From assembly GCF_042660085.1 (NCBI RefSeq), contig NZ_JBHSTI010000008.1, forward strand, positions 1,209,876 through 1,241,875: a stretch of 32,000 nucleotides of DNA. Reading direction: 5' to 3'. The notes under the pieces were generated by a model, which was not told where the DNA came from, searched no databases, and saw only the letters and a program-made list of their open reading frames with translations. The position numbers and the translations under genes are program-made. Positions 11,120 to 20,464 of this stretch are shown in pieces. Position 1 is the stretch's first letter; each line of letters opens with the position of its first letter. Source of the stretch: Longivirga aurantiaca. Lineage in GTDB: Bacteria; Actinomycetota; Actinomycetes; S36-B12; CAIYMF01.

Positions 11120-11597
11120 CGTCTGCGAGACGGGCCAGGGAGTCGATGACGAAGGCGCGGTAGTCCGCCACCGCGACGAACGGCGCGCCGTCGGCTTCCG
11201 CGCGGGCGAGGACCTCGTCCGCTGCTGCGCCGGCGCGGAGCCCCGCATAGAGGTAGGCGACAGCCGAGGCGCGCGGCCCGGAGCGGCAGGTGATCAGGAC
11301 CGGGCGTGGAAGTTCGTCCAGCGCTGCAACCTGTTGACGGGCCAGGTCGAGGTCGAGCACCCGCGGCGGATCCGAGATGACGTTCGCCGAGCTCCCCACC
11401 ACGGCGACGACGTCGTCGTCGTAGCTCATGCCGCCCTCCATCCTGGCGAACTCGTCCCCGCACAGGAAGAGCCAGAACCGTGCGCCGAGGGACTCGACGA
11501 GCCCTTCAGGATCCGTCACCGCCCCGTGGTCGTATGCGATGTGGTCGGGGAGTGGGAAGTCGCTCACGTGGGCACCGCTCTCGCCCCGCGGGCTCAC
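11115..11597 (-). CDS. Putative protein-tyrosine/dual-specificity phosphatase-like protein
   Basis: P-loop-like RPVLITCRSGPRASAVAYLYAGL (CxxGxR[AS]) near the C-terminus. True start may be internal (VSDFPLPDHIAYD). Confidence 0.6.
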   Translation of the reverse strand: MSPRGESGAHVSDFPLPDHIAYDHGAVTDPEGLVESLGARFWLFLCGDEFARMEGGMSYDDDVVAVVGSSANVISDPPRVLDLDLARQQVAALDELPRPVLITCRSGPRASAVAYLYAGLRAGAAADEVLARAEADGAPFVAVADYRAFVIDSLARLADG

Positions 11598-12131
11598 CAG
11601 GGCTCGCGGCTTCCACGAAGATGGGGGCGGCCGGCGGCGGGGGCCACAGTCTCGACGGGCAACGCGTCCTGGTGCACTGTGCCGACGACCGCGTGAGCCA
11701 CGCCGACTCGGCGTTGATCACCGTGCCGGTCGGTCCACCGCGTGGGGATCGGCGTCGCAGTACCTCGCCGGCACAGCGATGGCGTACGCCACGTGCCCCG
11801 ATTCGCGCTCGCCTTGGTGGCGCTCTGGTGCCCCGCGCAGCGTTCCCCAGGGTCCGGGTCGTGGTGCCGCGAACGCCTTCCCTCATGGTTCGAGCCGGGA
11901 GTAGCGTCGCGCCACTGCCATGGGCCGAGGCGTTGGGGCCATCGTGGGGCGGTGGTCACTCCTGACAGCGGGGGTTGTTCTGTCGCTGACAGTCTGCGCG
12001 CCGTGGTGGGAACCACCAGCCTGCAGGCTGATCAGCAGCACATCGACCGTACGTGCGTGTCGGCGCACAAGTCGGCCTCGATCACGGCCCTGACTCCAGA
12101 TCTATCGCGTTTCACCACGTAAGGAGCGTCC

Positions 12132-13487
12132 ATGCTGCAGGAAGCGATTCAGGACCTTCGAGGCCGGACGCGCGGTGAGGTCATCGAGCCTGCTGGCGGC
12201 GGGTACGAGGCGGCTCGCGAGGCCTACAACGCGATGGCGTCGGGACGCCCGGTGGTCATCTTCCGGCCCGCGGACCTGACCGACATCGTGACCGCGGTGA
12301 GGTGGGCAGCTGGTTCGGATCTCCCGATCGGTGTCCGCGGCGGTGGCCACAGCGTCGCCGGCCACTCGTCCCCGGACGGGGCGCTCCTCGTCGACCTGTC
12401 CCGGTGGCGGGGGGCGACGGTCGATCCCGCCACGAGGACGGCGGATGCGCTCGCGGGTTCGCGCTTGATGGATCTCGACGCCGCGACCTTCGCGTACGGC
12501 CTGGCCGCGCCGTCCGGCACGTTCATCGACACCGGTATCGGCGGCCTGACCCTGAGCGGCGGGATCAGCTGGCTCCTGTCGTCGGAGGGGTACGCGTGCG
12601 ACGCGCTGATCGGCGCCCAGCTCGTGACGGCGGACGGCGACGTCCTCGAGGTCGACGAGGAGCACGAGCCCGAGCTGCTCTGGGGCCTTCGAGGCGGTGG
12701 CGGCAACTTCGGGGTGGTGACCCGCCTGAGGTACGCACTGACGGAGGTCCCCGCGATGTTCGGCGGTCGCCTCCGCTTCCGGGGCAGCTCCCTGCGCGAT
12801 TCCATCCTTCGGACCTTCGAGGTCGAGGCCTCTGCGCCGGACGAGCTCGTGCTGGCGATGGTCGCCTGGCGCGCCGAGGATGGCTCGCCGTCGATCTCGG
12901 TGAACGTCGGGTGGCGCGGCGACCCGGAGAGCGGCATGGCTGCCGTTAGTGCGCTCGCGACACATCCGGCCTGCTACGAGTCCGATCTCAAGCCGATGAA
13001 CTGGCTCCAGCAGCAGACGCTGTACCAGCCGATCCCCTTCGGGCTCCGGCAGTACTGGAAGGGCCATCTCATCGGGCAGCTGGACGAAACCCTGGCCGAC
13101 GCCCTGATCGCGTCCGCCTCGGAGGCGAGCGACGAGTCGTTCGCGCTCGTCGAGCTCATCCATGGCAGGGCTCATCGCATTCCCGAGTCGCACGCCGCTT
13201 TCGGAGGGCGCAGCGCGGTCGCGAACGTGACGGCGCTCGCGATCTGGGAGGACGCGGCCGACGACGCGGCCGAGATCGCCTGGGCGCGCCGGTTCGCCGA
13301 TCGCGTCTCGCCGCTCTCGTTGCGAGGAGGGGGCTACCTCAACTACCCCGAGATCGACCAGACGGCGAGCCGGGTCGCAGCCGCGTATCCACCGGACTCG
13401 TGGGCTCGACTTCGAGGGCTCAAGCGGCGCCTCGATCCGCACAACCGCTTCCGCTTCAACGCGAACATCCCGCCCGCGGACGCCTGA
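12132..13487 (+). CDS. FAD-binding oxidoreductase, berberine-bridge-enzyme-like (FAD_binding_4 + BBE)
   Basis: RPVVIFRPADLTDIVTAVRWAAGSDLPIGVRGGGHSVAGHS; GLTLSGGISWL; LLWGLRGGGGNFGVVT; C-terminal NYPEIDQ...LRGLKRRLDPHNRFRFNANIPP. Confidence 0.93.
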   Translation: MLQEAIQDLRGRTRGEVIEPAGGGYEAAREAYNAMASGRPVVIFRPADLTDIVTAVRWAAGSDLPIGVRGGGHSVAGHSSPDGALLVDLSRWRGATVDPATRTADALAGSRLMDLDAATFAYGLAAPSGTFIDTGIGGLTLSGGISWLLSSEGYACDALIGAQLVTADGDVLEVDEEHEPELLWGLRGGGGNFGVVTRLRYALTEVPAMFGGRLRFRGSSLRDSILRTFEVEASAPDELVLAMVAWRAEDGSPSISVNVGWRGDPESGMAAVSALATHPACYESDLKPMNWLQQQTLYQPIPFGLRQYWKGHLIGQLDETLADALIASASEASDESFALVELIHGRAHRIPESHAAFGGRSAVANVTALAIWEDAADDAAEIAWARRFADRVSPLSLRGGGYLNYPEIDQTASRVAAAYPPDSWARLRGLKRRLDPHNRFRFNANIPPADA

Positions 13488-13648
13488 GGCATACGACCGC
13501 CTCCGACGGCAGCCACGCCGCGAGCAGCTGGGTCGCGTGCGTCTGCCGGCGCGCGACGTGACAACCTCCGTGGCTAGCCTGATGGCGGAGTGACTGGCTG
13601 CAGGCGAGTCTCCGGTGGGCGGTTGGCCGCTCCACGGGGAGGCGTGCC

Positions 13649-14617
13649 ATGCGATACAGCATCCGTACCTGTCTTGCCGTTCTTGCCACGGCTCTGGTGA
13701 TGTCAGCGTGCGGCTCAGCCACGTCGGACGGGAGCAGGAGCCCGTCCGCAGAAGCGGACATCTCCTTCTCCAACCCGACGGCGGGCCCGCTGCCGACCTA
13801 CGCGACCATCGAAGAGCTGACGACCGCGCTGTCGCCCGACTGCCGATGGGTCATCCAGCACAACGACACCTCGACGCCGGACAGCGCCTGGTGCGAGCCC
13901 GAGTCGCTCGACGTCGCGCTGTCCCGCGATGGGGACGTGATGACGGTCGAGAGGGTCGCCACATTCCTCGGCGAGCCGAACGAGGTCTGCGAATGGTGGG
14001 GGATGCTCGTGCTCGGCTACTCGCTCACCCGCACAGGCGGGAGCGAGCTGTACTCAGCCGCCGGCGTCACCCCGACCGACCTGCCCGAGGTCACGTCGTC
14101 GGTGGAGACTCCGGGCGGCATCGTGTACGGCGGCAACTGGTGGACGACGTACGGCACCGCGGCTGACGGGCAGCGCCTCAGCGGCGCAACCGGCGGATTC
14201 CTCATCCCGGCTCCGTCGGGCTGCTCCAGCGAGTCGGCGGCCCCCGCCACCAGCAGCGCCGCTCAGCCGGCCGACTGCTCGAGCGGGTCGATCGAGTTCC
14301 TGGAGGCGCTGGTGACGCACGGGCTGTCGGGCGTGTCCGTCGAGACGGTCGAGGGCCGCGGGCCCCGGATGATGGACAGCGCCACGTGCATGTCCGACTA
14401 CATCGCCCTCGCGGATGCAGCGTCGGTGGAGTCCGCCCTCACGGCGTATCTCACGTCCCTCGGTTACACCCTCGCCCAGGACCTGACCAAGGCCGACTAC
14501 ATCACGATCGTGGTCGGCACGGCCAAGGACAGGCCCAGGGTCGAGCTCCAGCTCCCTGTCGCGGCCGAGGGGTCCTCGGATCACACACCGTTCGAGGTCC
14601 TGGTGGCCGACGGGTGA
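13649..14617 (+). CDS. Predicted lipoprotein of unknown function
   Basis: N-terminus MRYSIRTCLAVLATALVMSACGSATSDG with lipobox VMSAC; ATG preceded by ggggaggcg; Cys-containing extracytoplasmic domain. Confidence 0.8.
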   Translation: MRYSIRTCLAVLATALVMSACGSATSDGSRSPSAEADISFSNPTAGPLPTYATIEELTTALSPDCRWVIQHNDTSTPDSAWCEPESLDVALSRDGDVMTVERVATFLGEPNEVCEWWGMLVLGYSLTRTGGSELYSAAGVTPTDLPEVTSSVETPGGIVYGGNWWTTYGTAADGQRLSGATGGFLIPAPSGCSSESAAPATSSAAQPADCSSGSIEFLEALVTHGLSGVSVETVEGRGPRMMDSATCMSDYIALADAASVESALTAYLTSLGYTLAQDLTKADYITIVVGTAKDRPRVELQLPVAAEGSSDHTPFEVLVADG

Positions 14618-14704
14618 CCGTGCCCTCGAGGACGACCTCGGGTCGGGCCCCCCGCGGTCCGCCGGAGGGTCGCCGAGCGCCACCGCGCGGACGAGGATGG
14701 GGGC

Positions 14705-16018
14705 ATGGCACCCGCCACGACCTCGGTGATCCGCTCGGCCCGGATTGCGGCGCTTGTCGCGGCCCTGACCGCGCGTTCCGCCGTGACTGCCGTCCGCGCC
14801 CGGGTGGATCCCGACCCGGCCCGGCTGCGGCGCGAGGCACGCGCTGCCAACGCCGAGGCCCTGCGCTCCACGCTGGGCGGCATGAAAGGCGGCGCGCTCA
14901 AGGCGGGCCAGCTGCTCTCCACCGTCGACTCGCTGTTCCCGCCCGATCCCGACCGCACGTGGACCGAGGCGCTCACCTCCCTGCAGGAGTCCAACCCGCC
15001 CCTGGCGTGGAACGAGGTCGAGCCGCTGCTGCACCAGGGCCTGGGAGGGCGCTGGCGCGAGCGGCTCGTCGAGGTCGACGAGGACGCGGCGGCCGCGGCT
15101 TCGCTCGGCCAGGTGCACAGAGGGACGTGGTGCGACGGTCGCGCGGTCGCGGTGAAGGTGCAGTACCCGTTCGCGAGGCAGGCGCTCATGAGCGACCTCG
15201 GCGCTCTGTCGATGTCGTTGCGGGTGGCCGGCGCGGTGCTGCCCGGCCTCGTGGCGGCACCGCTCGTCGACGAGCTGCGCGTGCGCGCGGCCGAGGAGCT
15301 CGACTACGTGCACGAGGCGACGGCGCAGCGGGCGGTCGCCACGGCGTTCGCCGGGTCGGAGGAGTTCGCCGTGCCCGACGTCGTGGAGGTCGGCGGCGGT
15401 GTGCTGGTGAGCGAGTGGCTCGAAGGCCGTCCGCTGGTGTCGGCGGTGGACGACGCCGACCTCGACCGGGCGCGCATCGCTGAGCGCTACCAGCGCTTCG
15501 CGCTGCTCGCCCCGGCGCTGAGCGGGTGGCTGCACGCCGACCCGCACCCCGGGAACTTCCGGATCACGCCCGACGGCCGGCTCGGTGTCCTGGACTTCGG
15601 CGCGGTGGTGCCGATGCCCGACGGTCTCCCCACGGCGTTCGGGCGGCTGGTGCACACGTTCGCCGACGAGACCGACGACGCATCGGCGCTCGACGCGCTG
15701 CGCGAGTTCGGGCTCGTCCGCGCCGGGCGCACGGTCGACGTCGCGAGCCTGCGCTCGGTCATGTCGCCGTTCGGCGAGCCCGCGCGCCACGACACCTTCC
15801 ACTTCTCGCCGGAGTGGCTGCGCGCCTGCTTCGCCCGCGACGACGCCGCACGCGACCCCGACTACACCGCGGCGCTCGGCCTCGACGTGCCCGCCGAGCA
15901 CCTCATGACCCAGCGCGTCTGGCTCGGTCTGATCGGCGTGCTGTGCCGTCTCGACGTGACGGTGCCCGTGCGGCCGGTCCTCGCCGAGCTCCTCCCCGGC
16001 TTTCAAGCAGCTCGGTGA
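14705..16018 (+). CDS. ABC1/UbiB (AarF) family atypical kinase
   Basis: KxGQ motif LKAGQLLS, SLGQVHRG, AVKVQYPFARQAL, EELDYVHEA, LHADPHPGNF, GVLDFGAV. Confidence 0.93.
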   Translation: MAPATTSVIRSARIAALVAALTARSAVTAVRARVDPDPARLRREARAANAEALRSTLGGMKGGALKAGQLLSTVDSLFPPDPDRTWTEALTSLQESNPPLAWNEVEPLLHQGLGGRWRERLVEVDEDAAAAASLGQVHRGTWCDGRAVAVKVQYPFARQALMSDLGALSMSLRVAGAVLPGLVAAPLVDELRVRAAEELDYVHEATAQRAVATAFAGSEEFAVPDVVEVGGGVLVSEWLEGRPLVSAVDDADLDRARIAERYQRFALLAPALSGWLHADPHPGNFRITPDGRLGVLDFGAVVPMPDGLPTAFGRLVHTFADETDDASALDALREFGLVRAGRTVDVASLRSVMSPFGEPARHDTFHFSPEWLRACFARDDAARDPDYTAALGLDVPAEHLMTQRVWLGLIGVLCRLDVTVPVRPVLAELLPGFQAAR

Positions 16019-16258
16019 TCAGCCGCACGCAGGTCCTGCGCGACGGACACGGTGCTCGACGCCGACCCGCCGCGGTTCCGGGACGGCGTCGCCGTGCGCC
16101 GCACGGGCCGACGGGACAAGGTCGTCGGCGGCCTCCTCCCGCAGCCGCGCATCGCCCGTAGCGTCGGCGAGACTCGCGGCTGCCTGGCGGTCACGCTGGA
16201 GGTGGGCCACGAGCGTGCGGCTCCGGACGCTCGACCCCGTCACCGCCGGAGGTGCGCC

Positions 16259-16756
16259 ATGAGTGACGTCCCCAACGGACCCGTGCTTCACCAGGACCAC
16301 CCGACGCTGCGGGTGATCGGGCACGCCGCAGCCGTGATCGGCGGGGGCATCGTCCTGATCTACGCGGCCCTCGGCCTCTACACGGGTGTCCTCCTTGCGA
16401 TCAGCCACACACTCGGCGCCGGGAGTGTGACCCAGCTTCCCGGGCTGCTCTTGAGCATCGTCATGCTGGGCTGGCTGATGATCGTCGGGCTGCTGACCGT
16501 GCTGGCGCTACGCCGCTGGCCGCGCAGCCTGGGCACGGCCGCGTGGCTCGCCGTACCGACGGCCAGCATCCTGCCGCCGATCACGATCGCCCTCGCCGAG
16601 CAGCCTGCGTGGCTGCTGCTCGCGGTCTGCGCCGTCATCGTCGCTCCGGTCCTCTGGCTCATGCATCGCAGGAACCAGCCGTGGGAGCAGCTGCTCTCTG
16701 TGGCCTGGGTGGCTGTCGCGCTGGGCGCGTTGGTGCTGCTCGGCGTCGACGTCTGA
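16259..16756 (+). CDS. Small integral membrane protein of unknown function
   Basis: [14 protein letters not shown]... followed by about four hydrophobic segments; ATG at 16259 preceded by ggaggtgcgcc. Confidence 0.75.
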   Translation: MSDVPNGPVLHQDHPTLRVIGHAAAVIGGGIVLIYAALGLYTGVLLAISHTLGAGSVTQLPGLLLSIVMLGWLMIVGLLTVLALRRWPRSLGTAAWLAVPTASILPPITIALAEQPAWLLLAVCAVIVAPVLWLMHRRNQPWEQLLSVAWVAVALGALVLLGVDV

Positions 16757-16777
16757 CGGCGCTGACGGGATCGTCGA

Positions 16778-16802
16778 TCGGCCCACGGCACCGGAGGGCC
16801 GA
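16778..16802 (+). terminator. Candidate terminator hairpin
   Basis: TCGGCCC (16778-16784) / GGGCCGA (16796-16802), 22 nt after the stop at 16756; no U-tract. Confidence 0.4.
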
Positions 16803-17069
16803 CCGCAGCGTGGGTCAGCCGCGATTCGCAGTGAGGCTGATGCACCGTTCGTGGCCGGCCACCGCCGTGCTGCAGGGACCACCGCGGGTCGGCTTCCAGA
16901 TCTTCCGCCGCCTCGGCGACGGGTGAATCGAGTCCATGGTGGAGGTCTGGACTCACCTGCAGTCCTCCTTCGACCCGGACGAGATCCGCATCGGCTGACG
17001 AGGCATCACACGGGACGGTTAGTTGCGCCACCGGAGTGGACTCGAGTGGCGAGCGCAGTTGGCCTCGCC

Positions 17070-17198
17070 GACGGCCAGCCCGAGACCCTCGACGAGATCG
17101 GCACGGTCTACGGCGTGACGCGCGAGCGCATCCATCAGATCGAGTCCAACACGATGTCCACGCTGCGTCATCCCAGCCGTTCCCAGGGACCGCGCGAC
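17070..17198 (+). pseudogene. Fragment of sigA (sigma-70 region 4.2), partial duplication of 5788-5916
   Basis: Hand alignment gives 119/129 matching nt without gaps. Translation [51 protein letters not shown] versus Sig[53 protein letters not shown]. Confidence 0.93.
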
Positions 17199-17250
17199 GC
17201 AGTGGTCTGCTTCATCTCTGGCTGGGATGCCTGCGTCGTAGTCTGCGGTC

Positions 17251-17628
17251 ATGAAGCACCCCGTACGCGCTGCGATCGAGGCCCGTGACATCGACGCGCT
17301 CGTGGCGCTCCTCGCTGACGACATCGTGTTCAACAGCCCCGTGGCCTTCCACCCCTTCACCGGCCGGGCCACCGTCGCGGAGGTGCTGACCAACGCGATG
17401 GAGGTCTTCACCGACTTCGTCTACGTCGACGAGCTCGCCGGCGACGACACGCACGGCCTCGTCTTCACCGCCCGCGTCAACGGCCGAGCCGTTGAGGGGC
17501 TTGACCACCTCCGCTTCGACGAGGCCGGTCTCGTCTCCGAGTTCACGGTGATGGTGCGGCCGCTGTCCGGCGTCATCGCCCTTGCCGAGGCGATGGCCCC
17601 GCGGGTGGCCCACCTCGCGAAGGGCTGA
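17251..17628 (+). CDS. SnoaL-like / nuclear transport factor 2 family protein
   Basis: [55 protein letters not shown]...[22 protein letters not shown]. Confidence 0.82.
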   Translation: MKHPVRAAIEARDIDALVALLADDIVFNSPVAFHPFTGRATVAEVLTNAMEVFTDFVYVDELAGDDTHGLVFTARVNGRAVEGLDHLRFDEAGLVSEFTVMVRPLSGVIALAEAMAPRVAHLAKG

Positions 17629-17859
17629 TCACCCACGGGTGACGCCGCGGATGCACAGCGATCCTGGGCGGCGACGGCCTCAGCGGGGGACCGGACGAAG
17701 GCCGTCCTGGGAGAGGGGCGTCGGTGCCGCACCGGCCGTGAGCACCTCATCCCTGCAACGGCTCGGGATCCTGGAAGTCGCGCGCGACGTGGTGGTCGGG
17801 GGCCACACTCGAGGTGGCTCGTTGAGTCGCGGTCCCGTGATCGTCCCGAAGGAGTGCTC

Positions 17860-18807
17860 ATGATCAGACAGCCTGTGAAGGTGGCGGTCGTGCAACGGCC
17901 GCCCGTCCTGCTGGATCGAGACTCCACCATGAAGGCCGCTGTCGAGGCGGTGCACGAGGCCGCTGACGCCGGAGCCGGCCTGGTGGTCTTCCCCGAGACC
18001 TACATCCCGGGATACCCGGTCTGGATCTGGTCGTTGCGTCCCGGAGGCGACTTCGGGCTCAGCCAGGGCATCCATGCCCAGCTGCTGGCCAACAGCATCG
18101 ACCTGTCCACCGACGACCTCGCATCGCTGCAGCAGGTGGCGGCCGAGCGGAGCGTCGTCGTCGTCTGCGGAGTCCATGAGCGGGAGGGCTCGTTCAGCCG
18201 GGCGACGATCTACAACACGTTGGTCACCATCGATGCTGACGGCACGATTCTCAACCGGCACCGCAAGCTCGTGCCCACCAACCCGGAGCGGATGGTGTGG
18301 GGGCAGGGCGACGCCTCCGGGCTGCGCGTCGTCGACACGCCGTTCGGACGGCTGGGCGGCTTGATCTGCTGGGAGAACTACATGCCCCTGGCCCGGTACA
18401 CGTTGTACGCCGAGGGCATCCAGATCTACATCGCCTCCACCTGGGACAGCGGAGACGCCTGGCTCGCCTCCATGCGCCACATCGCTTCCGAGGGCCGCTG
18501 CTGGGTCATCGGATCCGGCTGCGCCCTCGCGACCCGTGACATACCCGAGAGCTTCCCGTCGCGAGAGATGCTCTTCGAGGGCCAGGACGACTGGCTCAAC
18601 CCGGGTGACTCGGTGATCGTCGCCCCCACTGGACACGTCGTTGCCGGACCGCTCCACCAGGAGTACGGGATCCTGTACGCCGACATCGACGTCGCCACGG
18701 CGAGCACCGAGCACCGCACCCTCGACGTGGCCGGGCACTACGGACGACCCGACATCTTCTCGCTCACGGTGGACCGCTCGCCGCAACTGCCCATTCATAT
18801 CCAGTAG
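17860..18807 (+). CDS. Nitrilase / carbon-nitrogen hydrolase family protein (aliphatic nitrilase-like)
   Basis: Catalytic Glu VVFPETYIPGYP, Lys HRKLVPTNPERMVWG, Cys GGLICWENYMPLARY; ATG 17860 preceded by aaggag. Confidence 0.93.
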   Translation: MIRQPVKVAVVQRPPVLLDRDSTMKAAVEAVHEAADAGAGLVVFPETYIPGYPVWIWSLRPGGDFGLSQGIHAQLLANSIDLSTDDLASLQQVAAERSVVVVCGVHEREGSFSRATIYNTLVTIDADGTILNRHRKLVPTNPERMVWGQGDASGLRVVDTPFGRLGGLICWENYMPLARYTLYAEGIQIYIASTWDSGDAWLASMRHIASEGRCWVIGSGCALATRDIPESFPSREMLFEGQDDWLNPGDSVIVAPTGHVVAGPLHQEYGILYADIDVATASTEHRTLDVAGHYGRPDIFSLTVDRSPQLPIHIQ

Positions 18808-18832
18808 AGCCGATCGGTCGACGGGCTGCCGG

Positions 18833-20146
18833 TCAGGCTCGCTCGAGGTCGGACAGCAGACGGGCTGCCACGGCGCGCAGGTCGTCACTCACCTGGAGCA
18901 GCGCGTCCTCGCCGCACGCGGGGTGCTGCTCGGCGGCGTACGTCGCGAGGTCCTCGAGCCGTTCGGCGAAGCGGATCCAGGCGGCACGACGGTGCGGGAG
19001 GAGGAAGCTCGCGCGGTAGGGGAGCTGGAAGTTGGCCCCCGCCGTGGCACCCGGATGCTCGGGTCCTACAGGCAGACGGGCGAGCAGCAGGCCGAGCGGC
19101 TTGATCGCCTTGAACATCAGGTCCACCGCGGAGTCGGCGAGCGTCGCCCGCTGCTCGGCAGTCTCGTGCCCGAACGCGAAGTACCGCGCGATCATCTGCA
19201 GCAGCAGCTCGTAGACCGCGTTGAACAGGTCCGAGCAGGCGCCCGTGGCCGGGTCCGTGATGAAGAAGTCCGGCTCGATCCCTTCGACCGCCCGCATGCC
19301 CGCCGCAAGGACCGGGTGCACCGGGTCGAACCCGGGGTCGGCCGCGGTCATGAGGAGGTACTCCTCGCGAACGGCGAGGAAGCGACCGAAGTGGGCGTCG
19401 CTCCAGTCGCCGGTAGCGCCCTCTCCCTGCTCGACGATGCGCTCGAGCGCGGCCTGCGCCTCCTTCAGGTTCGTGATCGGGCCCAGGCTCGGCCAGCCGA
19501 ACGCGGACTCGTCGGCCTGATGGAACCCCGGGCCGATGAAGAGCCGGTCCTCGCCGAGCTTGCTCGCGAGGTTCGCGAGACCTGCTGCGCACGACCTGTA
19601 GAGGTGCCCGACGGTCGCGAACTCCTGACCACGGGGCACGATCTCGTCCGCTCGCATCTGCTCGAGCGGCTCCCCAGCAGGCTCGAACCCCTCGGCGTCG
19701 GCGTGCTCCACGCCATCGGGACGCTCGAGGTAGACGAAGTGGTCCAGGGCACGCGTGCCGAACGGCAGCAGCCGCAGCTGCACGCCGGGCGGATACCCCT
19801 GTGCCTGGTGCGGGAGGTGCGGGCGGCTTACGAACGGTGCCGAGCCGACGGCGGCGAGAAGGTTCTGGACCACCGCCCAGTGCAGCATCTCCTCGCCAGC
19901 GATCCTGAGGATCACCGAGCGCCATCGCTCCACGGCTTCCGCCTGCGCGTCGTCGAGCCCGTCCTCGGCGGACTTCAAGCTGAATGCGGCGTAGAGGTAC
20001 TGGCACATGAGGGCGTGCTCGAGCTCGGCACCCTGCGAAAGCAGGTACGTGAGCTCCTTGCGGTTCTCGACCGTGATCTCGGGCAAAGCCTCCACGAGGC
20101 CGAAGGTAGACCCCTCGCCCAGCCCGCGGAAGGTAGTCGCGCGCAC
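18833..20146 (-). CDS. Ferritin-like domain-containing protein (VioB/RebD-type ferritin-like domain)
   Basis: ENRKELTYLLSQGAELEHALMCQYLYAAFSLKSAEDG...WRSVILRIAGEEMLHWAVVQNLLAAVG: paired ExxH/E-type helices. Likely GTG start at 20146 (VRATTFRGLGEG). Confidence 0.8.
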   Translation of the reverse strand: MRATTFRGLGEGSTFGLVEALPEITVENRKELTYLLSQGAELEHALMCQYLYAAFSLKSAEDGLDDAQAEAVERWRSVILRIAGEEMLHWAVVQNLLAAVGSAPFVSRPHLPHQAQGYPPGVQLRLLPFGTRALDHFVYLERPDGVEHADAEGFEPAGEPLEQMRADEIVPRGQEFATVGHLYRSCAAGLANLASKLGEDRLFIGPGFHQADESAFGWPSLGPITNLKEAQAALERIVEQGEGATGDWSDAHFGRFLAVREEYLLMTAADPGFDPVHPVLAAGMRAVEGIEPDFFITDPATGACSDLFNAVYELLLQMIARYFAFGHETAEQRATLADSAVDLMFKAIKPLGLLLARLPVGPEHPGATAGANFQLPYRASFLLPHRRAAWIRFAERLEDLATYAAEQHPACGEDALLQVSDDLRAVAARLLSDLERA

Positions 20147-20464
20147 GACGCTTGCCAGCCGCGTGCGCGATCCGATGCGAGGTGCCGCGCTCGGACGTTC
20201 CTGATGCGCGACGGCCTCGACCGGCAGGCACGCCCGACGACCGGCGCGACCCGGTGCACTGCCACGGGCAGTGCGCTGTGCGGATGTCGGTATCGAGCTC
20301 GCACGGCGGTCCAGGCCGAGAGGTCGCCGTGGCGTCGGCGTCGCGCCCGAGCCTCCCCTGTGCCGTCCCGGAGACCGCTCGGGGTGAGCAGGCGTTGGCT
20401 GCCGAGAGTGCCGGCGGTGTGGAACGATGCGGGCTTCGCGGTTGCGGTCTGGAGGTGCGGACCA

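Noticed and set aside
14054-16006. 650-aa minus-strand ORF
   Set aside because: Antisense shadow of the lipoprotein and ABC1/UbiB kinase genes, biased composition.
16851-17069. Short reading frame ...[20 protein letters not shown] at about 16936
   Set aside because: Too short and without recognisable family; possibly a gene remnant but not supportable from sequence alone.
20134-20146. Minus-strand GCGCGACTACCT next to the start of the ferritin-like gene, identical to 12 nt of the sigA end
   Set aside because: Only 12 nt, no flanking similarity to sigA; expected by chance in a GC-rich 32-kb window more often than the longer copies, so not counted as a fourth att-like copy.
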